Assembly: GCA_003427395.1 (NCBI GenBank)
Contig: BFEA01000018.1
Span: forward strand, 4,237,086-4,300,213
DNA length: 63,128 nt
Reading direction: 5' to 3'
From: Chara braunii
Taxonomy: Eukaryota > Plantae > Charophyceae
In this document: piece after piece, positions 60,901 through 63,128 of the stretch
Position numbering within the stretch: position 1 is the first letter of the stretch
Layout of the letters: every line of letters begins with the position of its first letter
Translations under genes and position numbers: made by a program
The notes under the pieces: generated by a model
Seen by the model: only the letters and a program-made list of their open reading frames with translations
What the model was told of the DNA's origin: nothing
Databases searched by the model: none

Positions 60901-63128
60901 GGGGCGATTGGGTCGCCCTGCCTCACCGACCTTTGGAGCTCAATGGGGGGGACTAAGTTTCCATTTACCATTACCCTGGTCGTTGCGTTTTCATGTAGGA
61001 TCCTTACCAATCGACGAAAGCACTAACCGAAATTAAGCTTTTCTAGGCACTTGTCCAGGAACAGCGAATCTACATGGTCATATGCCTTTTCAAAGTCAAT
61101 GAATATGATGGCTGCGTTGTGTTTTGACTGCCTTGTAAGTTAATCATTTCATTGACCAAAAGTATATTGTCCTGGATGTTCCTGCCTTGTATGAACCCCG
61201 TCTGGTCGGGGTGTATGATTTGCGTCATGACGGGCGTCAGCCGATTTGCCAGGGCTTTCGCTATTAGCTTGTAAACCACGGTGAGTAGTGTGACAGGCCT
61301 GTAGTTTCGAATGTTAGTTTTGTCCCCCTTCTTGTATAGGAGGGTTAGCACACCTTGGCTTACAATTTCCCCGGTGCGGCCTGTTTCCCAGACCGCGTGA
61401 AAGAAGTCCATAAGGTCTTGTGATATGCATGGCCACAGGGTCTCCCAAAACTCCTTAGGTAATCCATCAATACCTGGAGTCTTTTCCACTTCCATTTGTG
61501 TCAGAGTTGTCCATATTTCGTCTTTTGTTAGAGGGTTGTCCAAGGCGTCTCTCTCTGCTGGTCAGTGAGCGCACGGTTAAGAGGTTGGAGAAAGACATCA
61601 ATTTCCTCCATACGCTGCGTGGCCTCCCGGTTCGCGCACCCTGAGGTGAAGAGGGACTGGTAGAAGTCTCTAGCTATTTTAATACACTCGGCTGTGGAGG
61701 TGTATAATGGCCCCTGCGCGCGCGCGGGGTCCTCCAGGGCCTCAATTACGGTTCTCCCGGTCCTAACCTTGGCCTTGGCGAAGAATTTTGCCTCCATTAC
61801 GCCCTCCGTGTTGTGCCTGGAGAGCCTCCCCCGGACTCTGACTCCTTGCCATCGGTGCTCCATGTAGCCCAGAAGGCGGGCTTCCAGTTCCTGAATGTCA
61901 TTGGTGAGCTGTAATAATTTCTGGGTATCCGTTGTTACTTCCTCTTCTTGTTGAAGTTGTTGAAGTTGGAGCTGTAGGTTCATTTCGTCAGCGTACCTTT
62001 GCTTCGCAAGAAGCTTCGAATATTCATTGCACTTGCGGCTTAGAAAGGAAAGGCCGTTATTGAACCACACAATGGGGTCACTTACCTGGTTTCTCTGGTC
62101 CTGCCAGAAAGACCAGGTATCCTTAAGGTAGTCTTGAAAACGGTCTATTTTTAGGAGGGATGTATTCAGCTTATAAAAGCCCCTACCCTGGTCAGGTTTC
62201 TTCCGGAAGGAGAAGATGGTCATGCACATGGCATGATCCAGGCCGGGGTATGGGCTGCGGGGAAATATCTCTGCGATTTGGAGAGCCCCTTGTATTTCCT
62301 CCGAGGCCAGAATCAGGTCGATACGTGATTTCAAAGTTTTTTCCTGGCTGTTATTGCAGAAGCATGTGAAACAGCGGTCTGTGGGGAAATGCCTTCTAAA
62401 AGTGTCAAAGAGGTTGAGTGATTGGAGCAGTTCTGCAATACTTGTCTCGTCGTTTTGCACATACTGGGGACAGGGGGAGGGGATACTCCATCTGTCCAGC
62501 CAACGATCCGGGGCGGCGTTGAAGTCTCCCACCAGGATTGTCGGGATACCAGCTGGCAGTTTCTCTTTAAGTGACTCCAGGAATTTCTGTCGCACAGCCG
62601 GTTCGTTGGGGGCGTACACATTTAGTATACTCACCACTTCCAACTCCAACATCGCAAGTAAGTAGACCCACTTGCCTTCCTCCTGGTCTGCTTCCCAATT
62701 TAGCATTTCCACCTTCGTCTTTGGGGGGAGCCAAATTGCCACGCCCCCACTGCCAGGTTTGGGGGCGTGGGCCCTGAAGGCCTAATGCGGCCAGATTTCC
62801 TTGTGAATGTGGTTATGTGCCGGGTTGTTCATAAGGTGGGTTTCTTGCAGGCACACCACATCTGGCCACTCCCTCCCTTCCACCCCTCTGAGTTGGTCCA
62901 CTATCGCTTGTTTTTTAGGCTGCTTTGCAGAAGCCAAACCATTAACGTTCATAGAGCGTAAGTCCAGGTCAGCTTGTCGTTTGCTGAGTTTCAGGGTCTT
63001 GTCCTTACCGTATATCGCATCAATCACATTCATTGCTCTACCGGAATCGATGCGATGCAGGTGTGCTCGTTTTGTTTTGGTTCCCTAGTTTGGTTGTTGT
63101 GTTTTTTTTTTTTTTTTTTTTTAGAACG
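57907..63128 (-). mobile_element. L1-type LINE, younger copy: near-complete ORF2, 3' UTR and A/TAA-rich tail; runs off the window at its 5' side
   Basis: Tail reads taaaaaataataataataaaaaataaaataaata on the minus strand (about 57907-57940); ORF2 fragments as listed in the next feature. Confidence 0.95.
58450..63033 (-). pseudogene. LINE ORF2: APE endonuclease, reverse transcriptase, zf-RVT (several stops and frameshifts)
   Basis: SMNVNGL, CLQETH, NVYAPN, VGDFN, SRIDLIL, LDH; KTPGIDGLP, NYRPVTLL, RQGDPIAPYLF, LFADD; CRLC...ETIEHVFLQCP. Confidence 0.95.

Overview
Repeat-dominated, gene-poor eukaryotic (streptophyte plant/alga) genomic window; its overall style is reminiscent of a charophyte such as Chara (my inference, not verified). 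Only one clearly intact host gene is visible: an intron-free RLK/Pelle-family cytoplasmic kinase (23745-25151, +) with an MGCCC lipid-anchor N-terminus and a Gly/Pro/Tyr-rich tail. The rest is nested, decayed mobile DNA. (i) An L1-type LINE at about 8.2-14.9 kb (+). (ii) A Helitron Rep/PIF1 remnant (33.5-45.7 kb) split by a full-structure chromodomain-bearing Ty3/Gypsy element (35615-44578, -) with both LTRs, tRNA-Met PBS, PPT and 5-bp TSD. (iii) An old LINE (+) with an in-frame 318-bp duplication of its RT core, split by a 5.25-kb TGTCGAG...CTCGACA non-coding insertion, and joined tail-to-tail to a younger LINE of the same family (-, to the window end). Less ordinary observations: an 87-nt imperfect hairpin present three times with partly conserved asymmetric mismatches, two copies of which bracket a 2.6-kb tandem-repeat cassette; a 143-bp organellar rpl14 fragment between 77-bp direct repeats; a tRNA-like Pol III head; and several palindromic motif arrays. 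TE boundaries without TSDs are approximate. No database search was run.
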